Source: Chrysomallon squamiferum
Taxonomy: Eukaryota > Animalia > Mollusca
Reading direction: 5' to 3'
NCBI GenBank assembly: GCA_012295275.1
Contig: CM022679.1
Location: 14,384,001 to 14,448,000 of the forward strand
DNA: 64,000 nt
Part shown: positions 14,212-26,461 of the stretch, piece after piece
How positions within the stretch are numbered: position 1 is the stretch's first letter
Layout: each line of letters begins with the position of its first letter
The notes under the pieces: model-generated
Told to the model about the DNA's origin: nothing
Database searches by the model: none
Seen by the model: the letters and a program-made list of their open reading frames with translations, nothing else
Position numbers and translations under genes: made by a program

Positions 14212-15281
14212 ATTATATTAGTTTTTTTTATATTTAAATTTTGTTTTTATTTTAAATTTAGAATTTCTTTCAATAAAATCATTCATATTTTATATAACTA
14301 TCAAAACATATAAAAGGATAATAAAATTGGTTAAAAATCTTTCTAATTTTAGAAAGTCATCAAGTATGAATCTGTCTTTATTGTATCTCTGTCGGCTTGG
14401 TGATCATTGAGAAAAAACACACAAATGTTTTGTGTATCCTTTATGATGGTTTGACCCAGAGACCTTTTCCTCTAGATCGCTGTATTTATGTTCTGTAGTC
14501 TTTATATTTATATATTATTTTTTCTTGGTCTGATTGATTGCTTGTTGCTGAAGTCAGTGGAACAAATTGTAAAAAAAAAAAATATATATTTCTTAATAGA
14601 TGTGAACGTTTCTAAAATAACCAACTTTTACAGTTTTTATTAACAGTTTATATTTTCAAACAGTTTATCACTTTAATCCAGATCTTTTTTTTTTTGTTTT
14701 TTAATTTGAAATTGTCTTTATTTATTGTGAATTAAAAGAAAATTTCAAATAATACTTTTTAATGAAAGAACATTTTAAAAATCATTTTGTAAATATATTT
14801 ATAAATATTATTCAGATGATGACGTTACTAAAAAAAAAAAAAAAAATAATAATAAAAGTTTGTATGATAATAACATTTTGGCATTTTTACATTTGTATGT
14901 TCATGTTATTTAATTTTCTATAATGATAGAAGAAAAATTAAGTGATGTGATAAATCCTTTAAAATTCTTTTTTGTTTTAAACTGCCCATAATACCATTTA
15001 TTACCAGTTCTAAATTTGAAAACTGATTTTTGAGCTCATATTTTCATTTTCTTTAAGTAATATTTGAATTGTGAGCTTTCAAATTATAAAATTCTGCTTT
15101 TTAATATTATTATTTTCATATTTATTAATAATGTTTTTCATTTAGAAACTGATCTCATCTGTGGATATGCAGATCATATTTGAATCGGCCAATATTTTAA
15201 TATCTCTTTTTTAGTAAATTTTTAGAACTTTTCTAATTTGTTATTGCTATTTTCATGTATATGTATTTTCTCTCAGTTTCA

Positions 15282-15322
<41 letters not shown>

Positions 15323-15830
15323 TGTTATTATTATTATAATTATTATTATTATTATTACTATTATTACTATTATTATTATTATCATTATTATTATTATCAT
15401 CATCATCTTATTTCTGAAGATACATGATTTATATAAAAAGGCTGTAAAAATTAATACTTTATAATTAACAAGCTTCTTAAAAACAATATAATTAAACCTT
15501 ATAAAAAATAAATTAATTAATTAAAATTAAATAACACATTTTCAAAAAAATGATCGTGACATTTTTTGGTAACATGTCTTAATCTATATTTCCCACCTTG
15601 TTTTCACCTTAACCCTGTTTTCTTTTTTCGTTGATATATTTGGGTTTTTTTGTTTCTTGCTTCCCTGCCAGGTAGACATTGTAGACAAAAGCTAATCAAC
15701 TGAACAATGTTGTGGGTTTTACTTGATTAACTACTCACATGGTTTACAACTGTTGATGCATGGAGAATAAAGTGTTAAAAGAAAACAAACCTTGTTGTTG
15801 TTCTAGTAGTTGCTATGGACATCCTGGTAT

Positions 15831-15834
<4 letters not shown>

Positions 15835-15865
<31 letters not shown>

Positions 15866-16112
15866 GGTGTGTGTATGCAAGTGGATGTATACACACACAC
15901 ACACACATATATATACATACATATATATACATACAAACATATATATATATATATACATACATACATATATACATACATACACACATACATATACATATAT
16001 ATATATACATACATATATATATATATAATCATATATATATATATACACATACATACATATATACATACATATATACATATATATATATATACATACATAT
16101 ATATATATATAT

Positions 16113-16169
<57 letters not shown>

Positions 16170-16180
16170 CATACATATAT
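15835..16180. repeat. (TG)n followed by (TA/TACA)n microsatellite
   Basis: Direct observation. Confidence 0.95.
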
Positions 16181-19100
16181 TTAGAGAAAGAAAAGAAAGA
16201 AAACACTGAAGCAGCTTTGCGAATGAACAAAAGGGAGAATGAATAAAGATAGAAATAATTAATGAAACAGATCGAAGCATGGTACAAAGAAAGAAGAGAG
16301 ATAATACTAAATGACTGAAGAAAAAATAAATAAATAAAACTTATGCGAGATGTGTTCACTGGTATATTTAGAGTGGTCTACCTTATATGAGATGTGTTCA
16401 CTGGTATATTTAGAGTGCCCTCCCTTATGTGAGATGTGTTCACTGGTATATTTAGAGTGGCCTCCCTTATGTGAGATGTGTTCACTGGTTTTTACAGTCG
16501 CCTCCCTTATGTGAGATGTGTTCACTAGTATATTTAGAGTGGCCTCCCTTATGTGAGATGTTTTCACTGGCATATTTAGAGTGGCCTCCCTTATGTGAGA
16601 TGTGTTCACTGGTATATTTAGAGTGGCCTCCCTTATGTGAGATGTGTTCACTAGTATATTTAGAGTGGCCTCCCTTATGTAAGATGTGTTCACTAGTATA
16701 GTTACAATAGCCTACGTCATGCAAGATGTGTTCAGTGGTATAAAGAAAATAACAAAGAAAATTCGATTACAAAAGCATCAATAAACAGTCAGTGAGAGGA
16801 GAGTGTATGAAATGATTAAAAATATATGAGAAATAAATAATAAATAAATCATAATATGAAGAATAAAGAAGGATGGAAGGAATGAAAGAAAGGAAATAAA
16901 ATATAGAAAAGATGGAAAGAAAAGAAAGAAAAGAAAGAAAGAAAGGTAGAAAAGAAAGAAGTAAGGATAGAAAGAAAAAAGAAGGAAAGAAAGAAAGAAA
17001 AGAAAGAAAACATTGAAGCAGCTTTGCGAATGAACAAAACGGAAAATGAATAAAGATAGAAATAACAAATAAAAGAGATCCAAGCGTGGTACTGTTTAAA
17101 CACAGCATTCTTTTCAGCTTTTATTAAAAATAAAATATAAAACCATATGTAGACTGCATTGATTAGCAGGTTAAGAATTTCGATATTGAATTTCTTCATT
17201 TGATTACGAAGAAAGAAAACAGAGAACACTGACTGAAGAAAAAAGAAAAGCTTATGCGAGATGTGTTCACTGATATATTTAGAGTGGCCTCCCTTATGTG
17301 AGATGTATTCACTGGTATATTTAGAGTTGCCTCCCTTATGTGAGATGTGTTCACTGGTATATTTAGAGTGGCCTCCCTTATGTGAGATGTGTTCACTGGT
17401 ATATTTAGAGTGCCCTCCCTTATATGAGACGTGTTCACTGGTTTTTAGAGTCGGCTCCCTTATGTGAGTTGTGTTCACTGGTATATTTAGAGTAGCCTCC
17501 CTTATGTGAGATGTGTTCACTGGTTTTTAGAGTCGCCTCCCTTATGTGAGTTGTGTTCATTGGTATATTTAGAGTGGCCTCCCTTATGTGAGATGTGTTC
17601 ACTGGTTTTTAGAGTCGCCTCCCTTATGTGAGTTGTGTTCACTGGTACATTTAGAGTGGCCTCCCTTATGTGAGATGTGTTCACTGGTTTTTAGAGTCGC
17701 CTCCCTTATGTGAGTTGTGTTCACTGGTATATTTAGAGTGGGCTCCCTTATGTGAGATGTATTCACTGGTTTTTAGAGTCGCCTCCCTTATGTGAGATGT
17801 GTTCACTAGTGTAGTTACAATAGCCTACACCATGTGAGACGTGTTGAGTGGTATTAAGAAAATAACAAAGAAAATTCGATTACAAAAGCATAAATAAACA
17901 GTCAGTGAGAGCAGAGTGCATGAACTGATTAAAAATGTATGATAAATAAATAATAAATAAATCATAATATGAAAAATAAAGAAGGATGGAAACAATGAAA
18001 GAAAGGAAAGAAAATATAGAAAAGATGGAAAGAAAAGAAAGAAAGAAAGGTAGGAAAGAATGAAGTAAGGATAGAAAGAAAAAAGAACGAATGAAAGAAA
18101 TAAAAGAAAGAAAACAATGAAGCAGCTTTGTGAATGAACAAAACGGAGAATGAATAAAGATAGAAATAACAAATAAAAGAGATCCAAGCGTGGTACTGTT
18201 TAAAGGCAGCATTCTTTTCAGCTTTTATTCAAAATAAAATATAAACTGCATTGATTAGCAAGTTAAGAATTTCCATCCTGAATTTCTTCAGTAGATTACG
18301 GAGAAAGAAAACAGAATAGTAACTGACTGAAAAAATAAATAAATAAATCTTATGTGAGATGTGTTCACTGGTATATTTAGAGTGGCCTCCCTTATGTGAG
18401 TTGTGTTCACTGGTACATTTAGAGTGGCCTCCCTTATGTGAGATGTGATCACTGATTTTTAGAGTCGCCTCTTTTATATGAGTTGTGTTCACTGGTCTAT
18501 TTAGAGTGGCCTCCCTTATGTGAGATGTGTTCACTGGTTTATTTAGAGTGCCCTCCCTTATGTGAGATGCGTTCACTAGTATAGTAACAATAGCCTACCT
18601 CATGTGAGATGTGTTCACTGGTATTAAGAAAATAACAAAGAAAATTCGATTACAAAAGCATAAATAAACAGTCAGTGAGAGCAGAGTGTATAAACTGATT
18701 AAAAATATATGAGAAATAAATAATAAATAAATCATAATATGAAAAATAAAGAAGGATGGAAAGAATGAAAGAAAGGAAATAAAAGATAGAAAAGACGGAA
18801 AGAAAAGAAAGAAAGAAAGGTAGAAAAGAAAGAAGTAAGTATAGAAAGAAAAAAGAAGGAAAGAAAGAAAGATAAGAAAGAAAACATTGAAGCAGCTTAG
18901 TGAATGAACAAAACGAAGAATGAATAAAGATAGAAATAACAAATAAAAGAGATCCAAGCGTGGTACTGTTTAAACACAGCATTCTTTTCATCTTTTATTA
19001 AAAATAAAATATAAAACTATTTGTAGACTGCATTGATTAGCAGGTTATGAATTTCCACACTGAATTTCTTCATTTGATTACAGAGAAAGAAAACAGAGAA

Positions 19101-22100
19101 TACTAACTGACTGAAGGAAAAATAAATAAATAAAACTTATGCGAGATGTGTTCACTAGTATATTTAGAGTGGCCTCCCTTATGTGAGATGTGTTCACTGG
19201 TTTTTAGAGTCGCCTCCCTTATGTGAGTTGTGTTCACTGGTATATTTAGAGTGGCCTCCCTTATGTGAGATGTGTTCACTGGTTTTTAGAGTCGCCTCCC
19301 TTATGTGAGTTGTGTTCATTGGTATATTTAGAGTGGCCTCCCTTATGTGAGATGTGTTCACTGGTATATTTAGAGTGGCCTCCCTTATGTGAGATGTGTT
19401 CACTGGTTTTTAGAGTCGCCTCCCTTATGTGAGCTGTGTTCACTGGTATATTTAGAGTGGCCTCCCTTATGTGAGAAGTGTTCACTGGTTTTTAGAGTGG
19501 CCTCCCTTATGTGAGATGTGTTCACTGGTATATTTAGAGTGCCCTCCTTTATGTGAGATGTGTTCACTGGTACATTTAGAGTGGCCTCCCTTATGTGAGA
19601 TGTGTTCACTGGTATATAGAGTCGCCTCCCTTATGTGAGATGTGTTCACTAGTAGAGTTACAATAGCCTACGTCATGCGAGATGTGTTGAGTGGTATAAA
19701 GAAAATAACAAAGAAAATTCGATTACAAAAGCGTAAATAAACAGTCAGTGAGAACAGAGTGCATGAACTGATTAAAAATATATGATAAATAAATAATAAA
19801 TAAATCATAATATGAAAAATAAAGAAGGATGGAAAGAATGAAAGATTGGAAAGAAAATATAGAAAAAATGGAATGAAAAGAAAGAAAGAGAGGTAGAAAA
19901 GAAAGAAGTAAGTATAGAAAGAAAAAAGAAGGAAAGAAAGAAAGAAAACAAAGAAAACATTGAAGCAGCTTTGCGAATGAACAAAACAGAGAATGAATAA
20001 AGATAGAAATAACAAATAAAAGAGATCCAAGCGTGGTACTGTTTAAAGGCAGCATTCTTTTCAGCTTTTATTCAAAATAAAATATAAACTGCATTGATTA
20101 GCAGGTTAAGAATTTCCATACTGAATTTCTTCATTGGATTACGGAGAAAGAAAACAGAGAATACTAACTGACTGAAGAAAAAAAAAAATAAACCTTATGC
20201 GAGATGTGTTCACTGGTATATTTAGAGTGGCCTCCCTTATGTGAGATGTGTTCACTGGAATATTTAGAGTGGCCTCCCTTATGTGAGATGTGTTCACTGG
20301 TTTTTAGAGTGGCCTCCCTTATGTGAGATGTGTTCACTAGTATATTTAGAGTGGCCTCCCTTATGTGAGATGTGTTCACTGGTTTTTAGAGTCGCCTCCC
20401 TTATGTGAGTTGTGTTCACTGGTATATTTAGAGTGGCCTCCCTTATGTGAGATGTGTTCACTAGTAGAGTTACAATAGCCTACATCATGCGAGATGTGTT
20501 GAGTGGTATAAAGAAAATAACAAAGAAAATTCGATTACAAAAGCATAAATAAACAGTCAGTGAGAGTAGAGTGCATGAACTGATTACAAATATATGAGAA
20601 ATAAATAATAAATAAATCATAATATGAAAAATAAAGAAGGATGGAAAGAATGAAAGATTGGAAAGAAAATATAGAAAAAATGGAATGAAAAGAAAGAAAG
20701 AGAGGTAGAAAAGAAAGAAGTAAGTATAGAAAGAAAAAAGAAGGAAAGAAAGAAAGAAAACAAAGAAAACATTGAAGCAGCTTTGCGAATGAACAAAACA
20801 GAGAATGAATAAAGATAGAAATAACAAATAAAAGAGATCCAAGCGTGGTACTGTTTAAACACAACATTCTTTTCATCTTTTATTCAAAATAAAATATAAA
20901 ACCATGTGTAGACTGCATTGATTAGCAGGTTAAGAATTTCCACACTGAATTTCTTCATTTGATTACAGAGAAAGAAAACAGAGAATACTAACGGACTGAA
21001 CGAAAAATAAATAAATAAAACTTATGTGAGATGTGTTCACTAGTATATTTAGAGTGGTCTCCCTTATGTGAGATGTGTTCACTGGTTTTTAGAGTCACCT
21101 CCCTTATGTGAGTTGTGTTCACTGGTATATTTAGAGTGGCCTCCCTTATGTGAAATGTGTTCACTGGTATATTTAGAGTGGCCTCCCTTGTGTGAGATGT
21201 GTTCACTGGTTTTTAGAGTCGCCTCCCTTATGTGAGTTGTGTTCACTGGTATATTTAGTGTGACCTCCCTTATGTGAGATGTGTTCACTAGTAGAGTTAT
21301 AATAGCCTACATCAAGCGAGATGTGTTCAGTGGTATAAAGAAAATAACAAAGAAAATTGGATTACAAAAGTGTAAATATACAGTCAGTGAGAGCAGAGTG
21401 CATTAACTGATTAAAAATATATGATAAATAAATAATAAATAAATATGAAAAATAAAGAAGGATGGAAAGAATGAAAGAAAGGAAATAAAATATAGAAAAG
21501 ATGAAAAGAAAGAAAGAAAGGTAGAAAAGAAAGAAGTAAGGATAGAAAGAAAAAAGAACGAATGAAAGAAAGAAAAGAAAGAAAACATTGAAGCAGCTTC
21601 GCGAATGAACAAAACGGATAATGAATAAAGATAGAAATAACAAAGAAAAGAGATCCAAGCGTAGTACTGTTTAAAGGCAGCATTCTTTTCATCTTTTATT
21701 AAATATAAAATATTAAACCATTTGTAGACTGCATTGATTAGCAGGTTAAGAATTTCCATACTGAATTTCTTCGAGTTGTGTTCACTGGTATATTTAGAGT
21801 GGCCTCCCTTATGTGAGATGTGTTCACTGGTATATTTAGAGTGCCCTCCCTTATGTGAAATGTGTTCACTGGTTTTTAGAGTCGCCTCCCTTATGTGAGT
21901 TGTGTTCCCTGGTATATTTAGAGTTGCCTCCCTTATGTGAGTTGTGTTCACTGGTATATTTAGAGTGGCCTCCCTTATGTGAGATGTATTCACTGGTTTT
22001 TAGAGTCGCCTCCCTTATGTGAGATGTGTTCACTGGTATATTTAGAGTTGCCTCCCTTGTGTGAGATGTGTTCAGTGGTATTAAGAAAATACAAAAGAAA

Positions 22101-25100
22101 ATTCGATTACAAAAGCATAAATAAACAGTGAGTGAGAGCAGAGTGCATGAACTGATTAAAAATATATGATAAATAAATAATAAATAAATCATAATATGAA
22201 AAATAAAGAAGGTTGGAAAGAATGAAAGAAAGGAAATAAAAGAAAGAAAGATGGAAAGAAAAGAAAGAAAGAAAGGTTGGAAAGGAAGAAGTAAGGATAG
22301 ATAGAAAAAAGAAGGAAGGAAAGAAAGAAAAGAAAGGGAACATTGAAGGAGCTTAGCGAATGAACAAAACGGAGAATGAATAAAGATAGAGATAAGTAAT
22401 GAAACAGATCGAAGCGTGGTATTGTTTAAACACAGCATTCTTTTCATCTTTTATTCAAAATAAAATATGAAACCATTTGTAGACTGCATTGATTAGCAGG
22501 TTAAGAATTTCCGTACTGAATTTCTTCATTTTATTGCGAAGAAAGAAAACAGAGAATACTGACTGACTGAAGAAAAAATAAATAAATAAAACTTATGTGA
22601 GATGTGTTCACTGGTATATTTAGAGTGGCCTCCCTTACGTGAGATGTGTTCACTGGTACATTTAGAGTGGCCTCCCTTATGTGAGATGTGTTCACTGGTT
22701 TTTAGAGTCGCCTCCCTTATGTGAGATGTGTTCACTGGTTTTTAGAGTCGCCTCCCTTATGTGAGTTGTGTTCCCTGGTATATTTAGAGTTGCCTCCCTT
22801 ATGTGAGTTGTGTTCACTGGTATATTTAGAGTGGCCTCCCTTATGTGAGATGTATTCACTGGTTTTTAGAGTCGCCTCCCTTATGTGAGATGTGTTCACT
22901 GGTATATTTAGAGTTGCCTCCCTTGTGTGAGATGTGTTCAGTGGTATTAAGAAAATACAAAAGAAAATTTGATTAAAAAGCATAAATAAACAGTGAGTGA
23001 GAGCAGAGTGCATGAACTGATTAAAAATATATGATAAATAAATAATAAATAAATCATAATATGAAAAATAAAGAAGGTTGGAAAGAATGAAAGAAAGGAA
23101 ATAAAAGAAAGAAAGATGGAAAGAAAAGAAAGAAAGAAAGGTTGAAAAGGAAGAAGTAAGGAGGATAGATAAAAAAAAGAAGGAAGGAAAGAAAGAAAAG
23201 AAAGGGAACATTGAAGGAGCTTAGCTTAATGAACAAAACGGAGAATGAATAAAGATAGAGATAAGTAATGAAACAGATCAAGCGTGGTATTGTTTAAACA
23301 CAGCATTCTTTTCATCTTTTATTCAAAATAAAATATGAAACCATTTGTAGACTGCATTGATTAGCAGGTTAAGAATTTCCGTACTGAATTTCTTCATTTT
23401 ATTGCGAAGAAAGAAAACAGAGAATACTGACTGACTGAAGAAAAAATAAATAAATAAAACTTATGTGAGATGTGTTCACTGGTATATTTAGAGTGGCCTC
23501 CCTTACGTGAGATGTGTTCACTGGTACATTTAGAGTGGCCTCCCTTATGTGAGATGTATTCACTGGTTTTAGAGTCGCCTCCCTTATGTGAGATGTGTTC
23601 ACTGGTATATTTAGAGTTGCCTCCCTTGTGTGAGATGTGTTCAGTGGTATTAAGAAAATACAAAAGAAAATTTGATTAAAAAGCATAAATAAACAGTGAG
23701 TGAGAGCAGAGTGCATGAACTGATTAAAAATATATGATAAATAAATAATAAATAAATCATAATATGAAAAATAAAGAAGGTTGGAAAGAATGAAAGAAAG
23801 GAAATAAAAGAAAGAAAGATGGAAAGAAAAGAAAGAAAGAAAGGTTGGAAAGGAAGAAGTAAGGATAGATAGAAAAAAGAAGGAAGGAAAGAAAGAAAAG
23901 AAAGGGAACATTGAAGGAGCTTAGCGAATGAACAAAACGGAGAATGAATAAAGATAGAGATAAGTAATGAAACAGATCGAAGCGTGGTATTGTTTAAACA
24001 CAGCATTCTTTTCATCTTTTATTCAAAATAAAATATGAAACCATTTGTAGACTGCATTGATTAGCAGGTTAAGAATTTCCGTACTGAATTTCTTCATTTT
24101 ATTGCGAAGAAAGAAAACAGAGAATACTGACTGACTGAAGAAAAATAAATAAATAAAACTTATGTGAGATGTGTTCACTGGTATATTTAGAGTGGCCTCC
24201 CTTATGTGAGATGTGTTCACTGGTTTTAGAGTCGCCTCCCTTATGTGAGTTGTGTTCACTGGTATATTTAGAGATGTGTTCACTGGTACATTTAGAGTGG
24301 CCTCCCTTATGTGAGATGTGTTCACTGGAGATGTGTTCACTGGTGCATTTTTCCCTTATGTGAGATGTATTCACTGGTTTTGCTTATGAGATGTGTTCAG
24401 TGGTATATTTAGAGTGGCCTCCCTTATGAGATGTGTTCACTGGTTTTTAGAGTGGCCTCCCTTATGTGAGTTGTGTTCACTGGTACATTTAGAGTGGCCT
24501 CCCTTATGTGAAATGTGTTCACTGGTTTTAGAGTCGCCTCCCTTATGTGAGATGTGTTCACTGGTATATTTAGAGTGGCCTCCCTTATGTGAGATGTGTT
24601 CACTGGTTTTTAGAGTTGCCTCCCTTATGTGAGTGTGTTCACTGGTATATTTAGAGTGGCCTCCCTTATGTGAGATGTGTTCACTGGTATATGGTATATT
24701 TAGAGTGGCCTCCCTTATGTGAGATGTGTTCACTGGTTTTTAGAGTTGCCTCCCTTATGTGAGATGTGTGTTCACTTGTGTGAGATGTGTTCACTGGTTT
24801 TTAAAGTTGCCTCCCTTTTGTGAGATGTGTTCAGGTTTTTGGTTTTAATAAAATAACAAACTGGTTTTAATAAAAAACATAGAAAATTTGATTACAAAAG
24901 CATAAATAAACAGTCAGTGAGAGGAGAGTGTATAAGCTGATTGAAAATATATGATAAATAAATAATAAATAAATCATAATATAAAAAATAAAGAATGATG
25001 GAAAGAATGAAAGAAAGGAAATAAAATATAGAAAAGATGGAAAGAAAAGAAAGAAAAGATGAAAAGAAAGAAAGGTAGAAAAGAAAGGATAGAAAGAAAA

Positions 25101-25170
25101 AAGAACGAATGAAAGAAAGAAAAGAAAGAAAACACTGAAGCAGCTTAGCAAATGAACAAAAGGGAGAATG
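16180..25170. repeat. Composite satellite block 2 (same family, about 9 full spacers)
   Basis: Same 42/40-bp units; spacers near 16700, 17810, 18580, 19650, 20465, 21290, 22075, 22940 and 23645; same entry and exit junctions as block 1. Confidence 0.95.
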
Positions 25171-26092
25171 AATATATATATACACACACACATACATACA
25201 CATGTATACATACATACGTACATACATATATATATATGTACTTACATACATACATATATATATACACATACACACACATACCCAGAGACACATGCACATT
25301 CATACAACATACTGTATAAAAACATGGGATTAAGCTTGTACCAGATCATTAATATTCAGTAGACTCTTTTTGGCCATTTTCAGAGCCACGCCTTCTTCCC
25401 GGTCACTGAGAAGGTGAACAGAAAAAATTCCTTATTGCTAATCAATAATGAAATCCCATGGCAAGGCAATAGCAGGTGTCTTCTGTCATTGTACAAGAAA
25501 ATGAACAACTTTTACATGAAATAACCTCTCATATTAAAATGTACTGTGATGATTTTCATTCATAAATTTTACTTTAGAAAAATATAAAAACCCAATGTAA
25601 CATTATATTTTTAACCGTAAATTCAACAGATAACAAGAATATCATATAAAAAGACTTTGATAATAAAAAATTTATTTCATTAACATGATAAATACATAAC
25701 CCTTGACAAAAATATTTTTTTTTGTCAAATTCAGCAGTATACATACAAAGCTTATATAAAGATGGGAATAAAAAAGAATAAAATATATATTTTTTAAAAT
25801 TTTCATTATTTTAACAAGTTAGTAAATAATAAAAAGAAAGAAGAAAATAACTAGACATATCCATAAACAGTTAAATTATAAGCACAATGACAAATGTAGC
25901 TATGTAAATAACAAGCACACAATATTCATGATGAAATAGACTATTGTACTTTCAAAGTGTTGTGATAGTAATATTTTTGTAAAAACAAAAACAAATCTTT
26001 TTATATGCTTTTCAGATTGTGATAAAAATATCAGCTGTTTTCTGTTTTTCTTAATAATAATAATTAAAAAATAAAAAATAAAAATAATAAAA

Positions 26093-26130
<38 letters not shown>

Positions 26131-26461
26131 GACAAAGTAGAAGAAGAATAAAAACCCCTAAAATAATATTATGTTTCGTTATTAAAATATTGTCAAGCAC
26201 TAATGAAAGTAGTTAAATAAAAAAATTACAGTGTGGTGACTGCCATGTTCAGTATATGTAGTAAAAAGTTATAACTGAAATCATGGCTTAATATTAAAAA
26301 AAACCAATAATAATAAAATTAATAATAATAATGACAATAATAATAATAATAATATAAATAAATAAAAAATTTTTTTCACAAAAACAATATACTAATAAAA
26401 TTTACATAAACGTTTTAATTTTTTTTTTTTTTTTAGTTAAGTATAGAAATATGTTCTGTTT
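24880..26461. repeat. Duplicated flank, copy 2
   Basis: Direct match to 12630-14211 with scattered substitutions (e.g. ccaggtcatt vs ccagatcatt). Confidence 0.92.

Noticed and set aside
59-24733. Repetitive ORFs ([14 protein letters not shown] / VNTSHIREATLNIP / [14 protein letters not shown]) as His- or Cys-rich proteins
   Set aside because: They follow from a stop-free 42-bp monomer; 40-bp variants shift frame constantly, starts are mostly non-ATG, and there is no gene structure.
221-24835. CRISPR-like repeat/spacer appearance
   Set aside because: Monomers are directly tandem without unique spacers, the long spacers are copies of one another, there are no cas genes, and the context is eukaryotic.
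752-25299. Phe/Leu/Ser-rich 'membrane protein' ORFs on the minus strand of the spacers
   Set aside because: Translation of T/C-rich low-complexity sequence, open in several overlapping frames, with frame-shifting indels between copies.
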